Below are positions 1 through 9,260 of a stretch of DNA of 32,000 bases, piece after piece (positions within the stretch are counted from its first letter, which is position 1; every line of letters begins with the position of its first letter). A program made the translations under genes and the position numbers. The stretch spans positions 1,620,001-1,652,000 of the forward strand of contig OW818675.1 of assembly GCA_942493095.1 (NCBI GenBank). The letters run 5' to 3'. A model generated the notes under the pieces. The model was not told the DNA's origin. It did not search any database and was given only the letters and a program-made list of their open reading frames with translations. The stretch is from Candidatus Electronema halotolerans. GTDB taxonomy: Bacteria > Desulfobacterota > Desulfobulbia > Desulfobulbales > Desulfobulbaceae.

Positions 1-576
1 CAGTCCCAAAGTGCTCATGGTTGACCAGCGCAGCCGGGCAAAAAGGGTCATGGAGACAAAAAGAATGCCCAGCATCAGGGCGGTGCCCAAGTCCGGCTGA
101 ATCAAAATCAGAATAAAGGGCACTGCGGTCAGCGCGCCGGGCCGGATCAAGTCCTTGAGCTGATGCCCTTTCACCGGGCTTTCCCGGCGGGCGTAGCAGC
201 TCGCCAAAACCAAGACCAGCACCAATTTGGCCGGTTCCGAGGGCTGGAGGTTGAAAAAGCCAAGGTCAATCCAGCGCTGCGTCCCGGCCACAGTTTTGAC
301 AAACAGCTTGGTGTAGATCAGGAGCAGACAGACTGCGCCGTAGCCAAGATAGGCGAACAGCTCCAGCTCGCTGTAGTCAATATTGACGAGCAGGACTATG
401 AGGGCATAGCCGATGAGAAAAAAATAGAGCTGCTTGAAAAAGAGCGGCGAGGGCGAGGGGCTGCCGTTCCATGTGGCGCTGAACAGGCTGGCCAAGGACA
501 TGATGGAGACCAAGGTCAGGGCCAGCATCAGCACCCAGTCGAAATTGTGGATCAGACGGCGGTCAAAGTGCGGCAT
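1..576 (-). CDS. rodA: Rod shape-determining protein RodA (FtsW/RodA/SpoVE family), C-terminus truncated by the window edge
   Basis: Reverse-strand translation MPHFDRRLIHNFDWVLMLALTLVSIMSLASLFS...GTQRWIDLGFFNLQPSEPAKLVLVLASYCARR...DLIRPGALTAVPFILILIQPDLGTALM; typical SEDS motifs; directly downstream of PBP2. Confidence 0.92.
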   Translation of the reverse strand, partial: MPHFDRRLIHNFDWVLMLALTLVSIMSLASLFSATWNGSPSPSPLFFKQLYFFLIGYALIVLLVNIDYSELELFAYLGYGAVCLLLIYTKLFVKTVAGTQRWIDLGFFNLQPSEPAKLVLVLVLASCYARRESPVKGHQLKDLIRPGALTAVPFILILIQPDLGTALMLGILFVSMTLFARLRWSTMSTLGL

Positions 577-597
577 GAAGCTCGACAAATCAAAATG

Positions 598-2484
598 TTA
601 ATCTTGGCCCGAGTCTGCGGTCCCGGCTGCTTGGTCATCTTCCTTGTCAGAGGGATCCAGCCGGTCGGCAAAATATTTTTTCAGAATTGCCTTGGCAATT
701 GGCGCGGCAGCCGAGCCGCCATGCAGACCGTGCTCGACCAGCACTGTGACTGCGATCTCCGGCTGTTCTGCGGGAGCAAAGCAGGTGAACCAGGCATGAT
801 CCCGGTACTTGTAGGGAATATCTTCTTCTTTCAGATGCTTGTACTGCTTGAGACGGACCACTTGCGCAGTGCCGGTCTTGCCGGCCACCGTGATGCCCTT
901 GAGCTGCGCCCGGCGGGCAGTGCCGTGCCGTCCGTTCACCGCCTCAATCAGCCCATCCTTGATGATTTTAAAGTTACGGTCCTGTCCTTCAAAATGATCC
1001 AGCATGACCGGCTGAAACCGTTCAATGACGTGTCCATCAGGATCGTGCACGGTTTCAATCATCCCAGGCTTGTACAGAATGCCGCCATTGGCCACTGCCG
1101 CTGTCATCATGGTGAGCTGGAGCGGGGTCACCAAGTTGAAGCCCTGGCCAATGGCCACGGACAGGGTCTCGCCGTCCTGCCACGGCTTGCCATACCGGGC
1201 CATCTTCCAATCCGAGGTGGGAATCAGGCCCGCCTTTTCGTGCTCCATCTCCACGCCGGTCTTGCGGCCCAGCCCCAGATGCCGGGCATACTTTGCCAGC
1301 CGGTTCACCCCCAGCCGCTGGCCGACATGATAAAAATAAACATCACAGGATTCAGACAGGGCGCGCTTCAAATTCACAGACCCGTGTCCGCCCCGTTTCC
1401 AGCAGCGGTAGCGGCGGTTGCCAAAGCGGTATGAGCCAGGGCAGTAAATAATGTTCTCTGGGGTGATGATGCCTTCGGCCAGGCCGGCCAGCGCCGTCAC
1501 AGTTTTGTAGGTGGAAGCCGGAGGATACTGCCCCTGCACGGTCTTGTTGATCAGCGGATGTTTGAGATTGTTGAGCATGGCCTGCCAGTTCTTCTGCGAG
1601 ATGCCGCCGAGGAACTGGCTCAGATCCAGCACCGGCGAGCTGGCCACCACCAGCAGGCGGCCTGTGTTGACCTCCACCGCCACCACAGCCCCGGCCTTGT
1701 CCTCTTCCTCCATAAGTTTTTCGGCGGTCTGCTGCAAATCCACGTCAAGCGTCAGCTGCAGGTCATTGCCAGGCAGCGGCTTCACCCCTTTCAGGTTGCG
1801 CTGCTCAAAGCCGAGCGCGTTGACCTCCATGTAATGCCGCCCCTTCTCGCCGCGCAGATCCTTTTCCCGCAGTTTTTCCAAGCCCATCTTGCCGATCAGG
1901 TCGCCGGCCCGATAGACACCCGGTTCCGCCGCATTCAGCTCCTCCCGGCTGATCTCGCCCAGATAGCCGATGACGTGCGAGGCCAGATTGCCGTAATGAT
2001 ACACCCGCTGCGGCACCACCTCAATCTTGATGCCTGGCAGGTTCATGCGGTTGTTTTCAATATAGGCGACCTTGTCCCAGCTCAGATTTTCCGCCAGCCG
2101 GATGGGAATATGCCCTGGAGTGTCGGCCATCTTGCGGATCCGGGCCAGCAGCTCGGCAATGTCCGCGTCCAAAATCACGGCCATCTTTTTGATCAGGTCC
2201 TCGTCAATGCGGTTGCCCTCCCGCACCCAGACCACATTGAAGGAAGGACGGTTGGTCACCACCGCCCGTCCTTTCCGGTCAAGAATATTGCCTCTGGGCG
2301 CGGCAATGTCCAAGGCGCGCACCCGGTTGTTCCGGGCCATGCGGGTGTACTCCCCGCCCTGCTGCACTTGGAGATACCAGAACCGGGCCGCCAGCACGGC
2401 GAAAAAAAAGAGCAGCACGGCTGAGGAATACATGGCCCGGCGGCGGTAGAAATCCAGTTCATCCTCATTGACCCTGCTGATCAC
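598..2484 (-). CDS. mrdA: Penicillin-binding protein 2 (peptidoglycan D,D-transpeptidase MrdA)
   Basis: Contains YPPASTYKTVTALAGLAEG (SxxK as STYK), SCD, and GKTGTAQ motifs. The ORF is open up to 2721, but the region upstream overlaps mreD, so the GTG at 2484 (VISRVNEDELDFYRRR) is a more likely start. Confidence 0.9.
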   Translation of the reverse strand: MISRVNEDELDFYRRRAMYSSAVLLFFFAVLAARFWYLQVQQGGEYTRMARNNRVRALDIAAPRGNILDRKGRAVVTNRPSFNVVWVREGNRIDEDLIKKMAVILDADIAELLARIRKMADTPGHIPIRLAENLSWDKVAYIENNRMNLPGIKIEVVPQRVYHYGNLASHVIGYLGEISREELNAAEPGVYRAGDLIGKMGLEKLREKDLRGEKGRHYMEVNALGFEQRNLKGVKPLPGNDLQLTLDVDLQQTAEKLMEEEDKAGAVVAVEVNTGRLLVVASSPVLDLSQFLGGISQKNWQAMLNNLKHPLINKTVQGQYPPASTYKTVTALAGLAEGIITPENIIYCPGSYRFGNRRYRCWKRGGHGSVNLKRALSESCDVYFYHVGQRLGVNRLAKYARHLGLGRKTGVEMEHEKAGLIPTSDWKMARYGKPWQDGETLSVAIGQGFNLVTPLQLTMMTAAVANGGILYKPGMIETVHDPDGHVIERFQPVMLDHFEGQDRNFKIIKDGLIEAVNGRHGTARRAQLKGITVAGKTGTAQVVRLKQYKHLKEEDIPYKYRDHAWFTCFAPAEQPEIAVTVLVEHGLHGGSAAAPIAKAILKKYFADRLDPSDKEDDQAAGTADSGQD

Positions 2485-2555
2485 CGGCCTGCCGCCGACA
2501 AGCCGCCCGGTCTCCTCCTGCGGGCGCGTGCGCACGCGCCGCCGATTGCCTGCGC

Positions 2556-3107
2556 TCACGGCAGTCCCCGCTCCTGCCGGAACTGGTTGCCCGCGTGGGC
2601 CTGTCTTGTTCTGCCGGGCAGCAGGCCGACGCTCAGGCGGCGGGAGACAAAGGCGAAACAGCGGAACAGAGGAAACGCGGCAAGATACACCAGACTGGCC
2701 CGGAAGAGCATGGGCGGCCATGACCAGACGATTTCAGCCTCAGGCAGCAGCAGCTTGAGCAGGAGCACTTCCAGCCAGGAGACAAAAAGATAGCTGACTG
2801 CGGTCAAGGGCAGCTGGTAGAGCGATTTGCGCACCGGCATCTTGACAGCCATGAATTTGAGAAAAAAATAGCCGCCGCAGCAGATGGCCGGATGCAGGCC
2901 GGTCACGGTGCCGGAATAGACATCCATGACGCAGCTCAGGGGCAGAAGAATGGCGATGCTCTGGCAGATGGGGAACTGATAGGCTGCGTAGGCCACCAGC
3001 ACATAGTATAAATCTGGAGCGGCCCGCCAGAGCGGACTGGGCATGAAGACCGTGGTCTGAGCAACAGCTAAGAGCAGGCCCATTATGATGAAGACAAGGG
3101 TCAGCAT
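2556..3107 (-). CDS. mreD: Rod shape-determining protein MreD
   Basis: 183-aa hydrophobic protein (MLTLVFIIMGLLLAVAQTTVF...) between mreC and PBP2 in the canonical mre order. Confidence 0.8.
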   Translation of the reverse strand: MLTLVFIIMGLLLAVAQTTVFMPSPLWRAAPDLYYVLVAYAAYQFPICQSIAILLPLSCVMDVYSGTVTGLHPAICCGGYFFLKFMAVKMPVRKSLYQLPLTAVSYLFVSWLEVLLLKLLLPEAEIVWSWPPMLFRASLVYLAAFPLFRCFAFVSRRLSVGLLPGRTRQAHAGNQFRQERGLP

Positions 3108-3118
3108 TGCGGACCAGA

Positions 3119-4000
3119 TTAGGGCACCTCTGTCTCAGGTTGATGCTTGAATTCTTTTTTCTTCTGTTCAATCACCAGCAGATTTTCCAAGGTGCTGAAA
3201 TCCACTGCCGGCATCACCTCAATTTCCAAAAACATGCCGCGCCGGTTTTTCGTGACTTCAGAGACAATGCCCACTGGCAGGCCGGGCGGAAACAGGCCGC
3301 CATAGCCTGCGGTGACGACGTGGTCGCCTTTTTCCACCGCAACTGTCTTGAGGATGTATTCCAGCGTGAAGGTGCTGCCGCCCGTGCCTTTGAGGATGCC
3401 CCGGACCCGTGAATTTTGAAGCAGGACATCAATGGCGCTGGACGGGGCAATGGCCAGCAGCACTTTGGCGTAGTTAGACGAGGCGGCATAGACCTGACCG
3501 ACAATGCCCTCGCCAGTGACCACAGGCATGCCCTTATCGACTCCGTCGCTGAGACCCCGGTCAATAATGACGCTGCGGAACCAGAGCGAGGGGTCTTTGC
3601 CGACAATCCGGGCCGTCACGGTGGGCAGGCCGGAGGACTCCTTGAATTCCAGCAGCTTGCGCAGGCGGGCATTAAGAGCCACTGCCCCCCGGTTGGCATA
3701 GGCCGCAGTCCGGCATTTTTGCAGCTCCTGCCAGAGCCGTTCCTTTTCCTCGCGCACAGTGAGGAGGTCAAGGTACTGCTCTTTCATGGCTTGAAACGGG
3801 GCTTTGATTTGCGCGGCAACCTTTTGCAGCGGCCCGGCGGCATCAAGAAGCAGCTTGTACATGGGGCCGAAATCCTGGCTGCCAAAGAGAACCACCAGAA
3901 AAATCAGCACAATGGTCACGCCTGCGCCGCCAAGCAGCAGGGAACGGAAGCCGCCGCCCGCATCTTTCCGCCGCCTGCGGGGATTAGTGCGCTGCTGCAT
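3119..4000 (-). CDS. mreC: Rod shape-determining protein MreC
   Basis: 293 aa with N-terminal TM, coiled coil and MreC core (TARIVGKDPSLWFRSVIIDRGLSDGVDKGMPVVTGEGIVGQV). Confidence 0.92.
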   Translation of the reverse strand: MQQRTNPRRRRKDAGGGFRSLLLGGAGVTIVLIFLVVLFGSQDFGPMYKLLLDAAGPLQKVAAQIKAPFQAMKEQYLDLLTVREEKERLWQELQKCRTAAYANRGAVALNARLRKLLEFKESSGLPTVTARIVGKDPSLWFRSVIIDRGLSDGVDKGMPVVTGEGIVGQVYAASSNYAKVLLAIAPSSAIDVLLQNSRVRGILKGTGGSTFTLEYILKTVAVEKGDHVVTAGYGGLFPPGLPVGIVSEVTKNRRGMFLEIEVMPAVDFSTLENLLVIEQKKKEFKHQPETEVP

Positions 4001-4035
4001 CTGCGCTGGACAAGCAAAGGCGAAGGCCGGAACAA

Positions 4036-5079
<1,044 letters not shown>

Positions 5080-5649
5080 TCACCTGTGAAAGAATTATTC
5101 GTTCTGTCAATGAATAAAGGCTCCCGCAGGAGCCGCTGAGAGCAAAAGGAAATTGTCGTGCCGTCCTGCATCGGAAGCAGGGCACAGGTGCAGTTTACCA
5201 GCAGGAAGGCAAAGAGGCAATGCAAAACACAAGAACTTGCCGCTGAGGAAAAAGAACAGGATTTCAGTCTGCTGCCTTTGGACAGCACCGCCTTTTTCAG
5301 AAAAGACCGTGCTGTCCGTCTGAACTCCCAGTTCTCTTTTTCTTTTACAAAACAGCGTGTTGCTGAACGCCTCCGGCAGGAAGACGGAACAAGGCCTGTT
5401 CTTCAGCAGACGGCCCGGCAGGATTCATTTCACCAGCAATGGCAAAAAAATCGGGAAGATATTTCAAGGCCTGACAGCCCTGCCATCAGCACCCTTCCTT
5501 GCGCCTTCGCACGGCCCGTTCGTTTCGCTGTGAAGTCTGACTTTACAGTGGTGTTCTCAGAAGAAATATGCTATCCTGATGGGCACGTGTTATATACTGT
5601 ACTGTTATCTCTGGTTAAAGGTTGCACCCTGTTGAGGAGGGGCTATTTC

Positions 5650-5871
5650 ATGCAGTTCAACGCCATCATTGAGCATGACCAAGACGGCTGGTATGCGTAT
5701 GTCCCTTCCTTGCAAGGCTGCGTGAGCCAAGGCGACACGCTGGAAGAGGTGCTTGCCAATATCAAAGAGGCCGTCGAGCTGTACTTGGAAGACATGGACG
5801 AGCAGGAGAAGGAAAGCCTTTCCAAATGCAGCTATCTTATAGCTCCCATTCAGATTGCAGCGCATGTCTAA
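5650..5871 (+). CDS. hicB: HicB-family antitoxin
   Basis: 73 aa MQFNAIIEHDQDGWYAYVPSLQGCVSQGDTLEEVLANIKEAVELYLEDMDEQ; classic HicB fold signature. Overlaps the hicA start. Confidence 0.88.
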   Translation: MQFNAIIEHDQDGWYAYVPSLQGCVSQGDTLEEVLANIKEAVELYLEDMDEQEKESLSKCSYLIAPIQIAAHV

Positions 5872-6070
5872 GAAGTGGCCGCGTCTGACTGCGCAGGAGG
5901 CGGAAAAGCTGCTGCTGGACAAAGGATTCGAGTTGTCCCGGCAGAAAGGCAGTCACCGAGTGTACCGCAAGGACAGCTGCCGCATGGTCATTCCGCACCA
6001 TCAAGGAAAAACGCTGCATCCGAAAATCATCAGAGAGCTGTTCGATCTGCTGCTTGATGCCACAAAGTGA
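5867..6070 (+). CDS. hicA: HicA-family mRNA interferase toxin
   Basis: MSKKWPRLTAQEAEKLLLDKGFELSRQKGSHRVYRKDSCRMVIPHHQGKTLHPKIIRELFDLL; conserved G-S-H-x-x-Y and HPKI motifs. Confidence 0.88.
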   Translation, partial: SKKWPRLTAQEAEKLLLDKGFELSRQKGSHRVYRKDSCRMVIPHHQGKTLHPKIIRELFDLLLDATK

Positions 6071-6112
6071 GCAGGATTGACGTGATGCAGCACCTGCCCA
6101 TTCTGTGGCATT

Positions 6113-7279
6113 CTACCTCACCTTCCCCAGCCTCTCCCTCGACTCCTCATTCTTTGCCAGCCGGTTACGCAGCTCCTCCAGCTTGGCCCGCTCCTTCTCC
6201 ACCACATCCGCCGGGGCATTGGCAAGGAACTTCTCATTGCCGAGCTTGCCGCGCACCCGCTGCAAGTCCTGCTCCAGAGTCTTACGCTCGCGGGCCAGCT
6301 TGTCCAACTCCGCATCCACGTCAATCAGCTCCTTGAGCGGCACGACCACCTCCACCCCGCTGACCAAGCTGTGCGCCGCATCGTCCGGCACCGCGCCTGA
6401 TTCTGCAATCTCCAGCGTCTCAGCGCGGGTCATGGCGCAGACAGAGCCGCTGAACGACTGAAGCAGCTCGCGCTTGGCTGCGTCAGCACAGATCAGGCTG
6501 ACATGCAGCTTCGCGCTCGGATGCACGTTGGCCTCGCTGCGGATGGTGCGCACCGCTGTGATGATCTCCATAAGGAGCTGCATGGACTGCTCGGTCTCGG
6601 CATCCTGCCACGCCGGCTTGGCCTCTGGGAATGACTCAAGCATGATCGTGCCGCGTTCGCCCGGCAGTTGGCTCCAGATTTCCTCAGTAACGAACGGGCA
6701 GATCGGGTGGAGGAGCTTGAGAATGTGCTCCAGCACACAGAGGAGCACGCCCCGCGCCTCCTCGCGCTTGGCAGTGTCATCGCTGAACAAATCCGCCTTG
6801 ATCCACTCCACGTACCAGTCGCAGAACTCATGCCAAGTGAACTGGTAGATGGCCGAGGCGATCAGGTTGAAGTCATAGCCGTCCAATGCCTTGCGCACGT
6901 CGCGGATGGTGGCGTTGGTGCGGCTCAATATCCAGCGGTGCGGCAGGGCCAGCTTGCCCGGTTCGTCCGCCACCGCAACAATGTCCGGCTCGCTCTCCTT
7001 GATGTGCATCTGGGCGAAGCGGGCCGCGTTCCACAGCTTGTTGATGAAGCGGCGGTAGCCGTCGATGCGCTCCTCGTCCATCTTGATTTCACGCCCTTGC
7101 GCAGCGAAAGCGGTCAGGGTGAAGCGGAAAGCATCGGTGCCGTACTGGGCGATCATGTCGAGCGGGTCGATCACATTGCCCGTTGATTTGGACATCTTTT
7201 TGCCGTGCTTGTCGCGCACCAAGGCGTGCAAATACACGTCGCGGAACGGCACCTCGTCCATGAAGTGGAGGAGCATCAT
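6113..7279 (-). pseudogene. 5'-truncated second copy of valyl-tRNA synthetase (C-terminal ~386 residues: KMSKS loop, anticodon-binding domain and C-terminal coiled coil)
   Basis: 388-aa ORF co-linear, without indels, with residues ~526-911 of the intact ValS at 12396-15086. It lacks the HIGH-containing N-terminus. Several amino-acid differences throughout, e.g. FRDVYLHALV vs FHDVYLHALV. Confidence 0.88.
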
Positions 7280-8241
7280 CAGAGGGATGATTCCTGCCGC
7301 TCTGCCCGCACTTCCTCCAATGCTTTGCGGTCATCCTTCAAATCAGGATGATCGACAGCCTCTTCAATATGCACGGCTTTGCTGATATATTCCTCCGCCT
7401 TGGCAATATCGTCTATATCGTAATATGTGAGGCCAATGTTCCAACAGCTTTCCGCTTCTCCAATCTTATCTCCAACTTCTTTGCGTGTTGCCAAGGCTCG
7501 TTTGTGATATTCTAACGCCTTGGTATAGTTGTTCAATGTACGGAATATTTCGCCGATATTGTTCAATGACGTACCCGCTCCAGCCTTATCGCTTTCTTGT
7601 AAGGTTATATCCAAGTTATAATACGTCAAAGCTGTCTCATAGTCACCTTGCTCATAATAAAGTCTGCCGATGTTGTTCAGAACTATTCCTTCTCCCTTTC
7701 GATCTCCTCCCTTCCGACATATCGTCAAGTCTTGCTCGTAATATTTCAAGGCCAGCTTATGGTTGCCCTGCTGCTGATATATCTCTGCGATGTTGTTTAA
7801 GGTCAATCCTTCACCTTGCCTATCCTCCAGCTCTCGGTCTATCTCAAGGCTTTGTTCATACCACATTAATGCTTTCTCGTGTTCACCGCGCCGCCCACAA
7901 ATGTAGCCGAGATTGTTCAGACACATGCTTTCATTTCTGCGGGCACCTTGCTGTCGGGCCGCATTCAAGTTCATCTCAACGACCGCCATATTTTCTGCCC
8001 AATACCCCTGCTGGTCTAAGTAGGTATTGATTGCTTCAGCTAAGTCATTTACCTCTTGCCACAGCCTGCTAGCCAAGCAGACCTCCAACAACCGCAGGCA
8101 TTGCACTCGCTCCTTATTCAGCCGAGCGTACCCCGCCGCACCACGAGCACTCTCCTTTTCTGCCAATGCAGTATAGTGCGCAGCAAGCCGTTGGTATACT
8201 TCGGTCAGTTCAGCACTTGAAGCAGTATGGTTAGACATCAT
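7279..8241 (-). CDS. Tetratricopeptide repeat protein (TPR paralogue 1)
   Basis: MMSNHTASSAELTEVYQRLAAHYTALAEKE... with serial kinesin-light-chain-like TPRs (LNNIGRLYYEQGDYETALTYYNLDITLQE). The track ORF starts at a TTG at 8247; ATGs at 8241/8238 are likelier. Confidence 0.85.
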   Translation of the reverse strand: MMSNHTASSAELTEVYQRLAAHYTALAEKESARGAAGYARLNKERVQCLRLLEVCLASRLWQEVNDLAEAINTYLDQQGYWAENMAVVEMNLNAARQQGARRNESMCLNNLGYICGRRGEHEKALMWYEQSLEIDRELEDRQGEGLTLNNIAEIYQQQGNHKLALKYYEQDLTICRKGGDRKGEGIVLNNIGRLYYEQGDYETALTYYNLDITLQESDKAGAGTSLNNIGEIFRTLNNYTKALEYHKRALATRKEVGDKIGEAESCWNIGLTYYDIDDIAKAEEYISKAVHIEEAVDHPDLKDDRKALEEVRAERQESSL

Positions 8242-8261
8242 TCTCAATGGTCTGACTTGAA

Positions 8262-8394
8262 CTCACACTATGGTGTGAAGAAGGGAGACACTACGGTATC
8301 TCCTGTCGAGACACCAAGGTAACTCTCGTGGAGTCACTATGGTAACTCGGAGGGAGACACTACGGTGTCTCTTTGGGAGATATCGTAGTGTCTC
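8262..8394. repeat. Array of six 18-bp near-palindromic units on an exact 23-bp period (5-nt variable spacers)
   Basis: Units: 8262 CTCACACTATGGTGTGAA; 8285 GAGACACTACGGTATCTC; 8308 GAGACACCAAGGTAACTC; 8331 GAGTCACTATGGTAACTC; 8354 GAGACACTACGGTGTCTC; 8377 GAGATATCGTAGTGTCTC. Starts are exactly 23 nt apart. Confidence 0.9.
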
Positions 8395-9260
8395 CCACGA
8401 AAGGCTATTTCTCTCCAGTCGGCCCCTGTGCCGCCAGCCGTTTTGCTCGCACCCGTTCCAATCCATCGCGGCTATCTACTATATTAGGGCTACCGATGGC
8501 TTCTTCAATCTGTACAGTACGGCTGATGTATTCTTCCGCCTTGGTAAGGTTGTCTATGTCTTCATAGGTGAGGCCGATGTTCCAGCATGTGACCGCTTCT
8601 CCTGCCTTGTCACCCAACTCCCGGCATATTGCCAAGTCTTGTTGATGATACTCCAATGCCTTAGCATGATCACCTTGCGCACGGTAGATCATGGCAATGT
8701 TGGTCAGGGTTGTTCCTGCCCCAATCTTATCGCCAATCTCTTTTACGATAGGCAAGCATTGCTCATAGTATGACAAGGCTTGCTCATTGTCACCTTGTAC
8801 CCTGTAAGTCATACCGATATTATTTATGATCTTACTTTCCCCCTCCCGGTCGCCGATCTCCTGACAGATGCTCAGACTTTGCTGGTATGTCTCCAAGGCC
8901 AGCTCGTACTTGCCCTGTTGATGATAAATCGTTGCAATGCCGGTTAAGGTTGCGCCTTCTGCCGGTCGATAACCAGCGAGGTAGGCGGCAGGCAGGCTTT
9001 GCTCATACCACGCTAATGCCTTATCAAGCTCCCCGCGCCGCCAGCAGGTGTAGCCTAATGTACACAGGCACCAGCTTTCATCCTTACGGTTGTTGCTTTT
9101 TCGGGCCGCAGTCAGACGCATATCAAAAGCGGCCAGCAGCTCTGTCAACCAGCCCTGCCGGTCAAGGTAGATATAAGTTGCACCGACTAAGTATTGCAAC
9201 TCCTGCCACAGCCTGCTTTCAAGGCAACTCTCCATCACCCGCATACACTGCACCCGCTCC

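Noticed and set aside
163-1434. Long plus-strand ORFs opposite PBP2/rodA (163-1434, 1558-2424)
   Set aside because: Antisense shadow ORFs in GC-rich sequence; low-complexity, Arg/His/Gln-rich translations, and the opposite strand encodes unambiguous PBP2.
2485-2721. N-terminal extension of PBP2 up to 2721
   Set aside because: It overlaps mreD in another frame and its translation is not PBP2-like; the GTG at 2484 before ISRVNEDELDFYRRR fits better.
5119-5134. GGCTCC-CGCA-GGAGCC hairpin upstream of mreB
   Set aside because: Only a 6-bp stem with no U-tract in the mreB direction; insufficient to call a terminator or riboswitch.
5158-5649. In-frame N-terminal extension of hicB (ORF track starts at 5158)
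   Set aside because: The 164 extra residues have no recognisable domain and the HicB domain begins precisely at the ATG at 5650; the upstream part is more likely untranslated.
8262-8394. CRISPR array interpretation of the 23-bp repeats
   Set aside because: Spacers are only 5 nt, the repeat units are degenerate, and no cas genes are present in the window.
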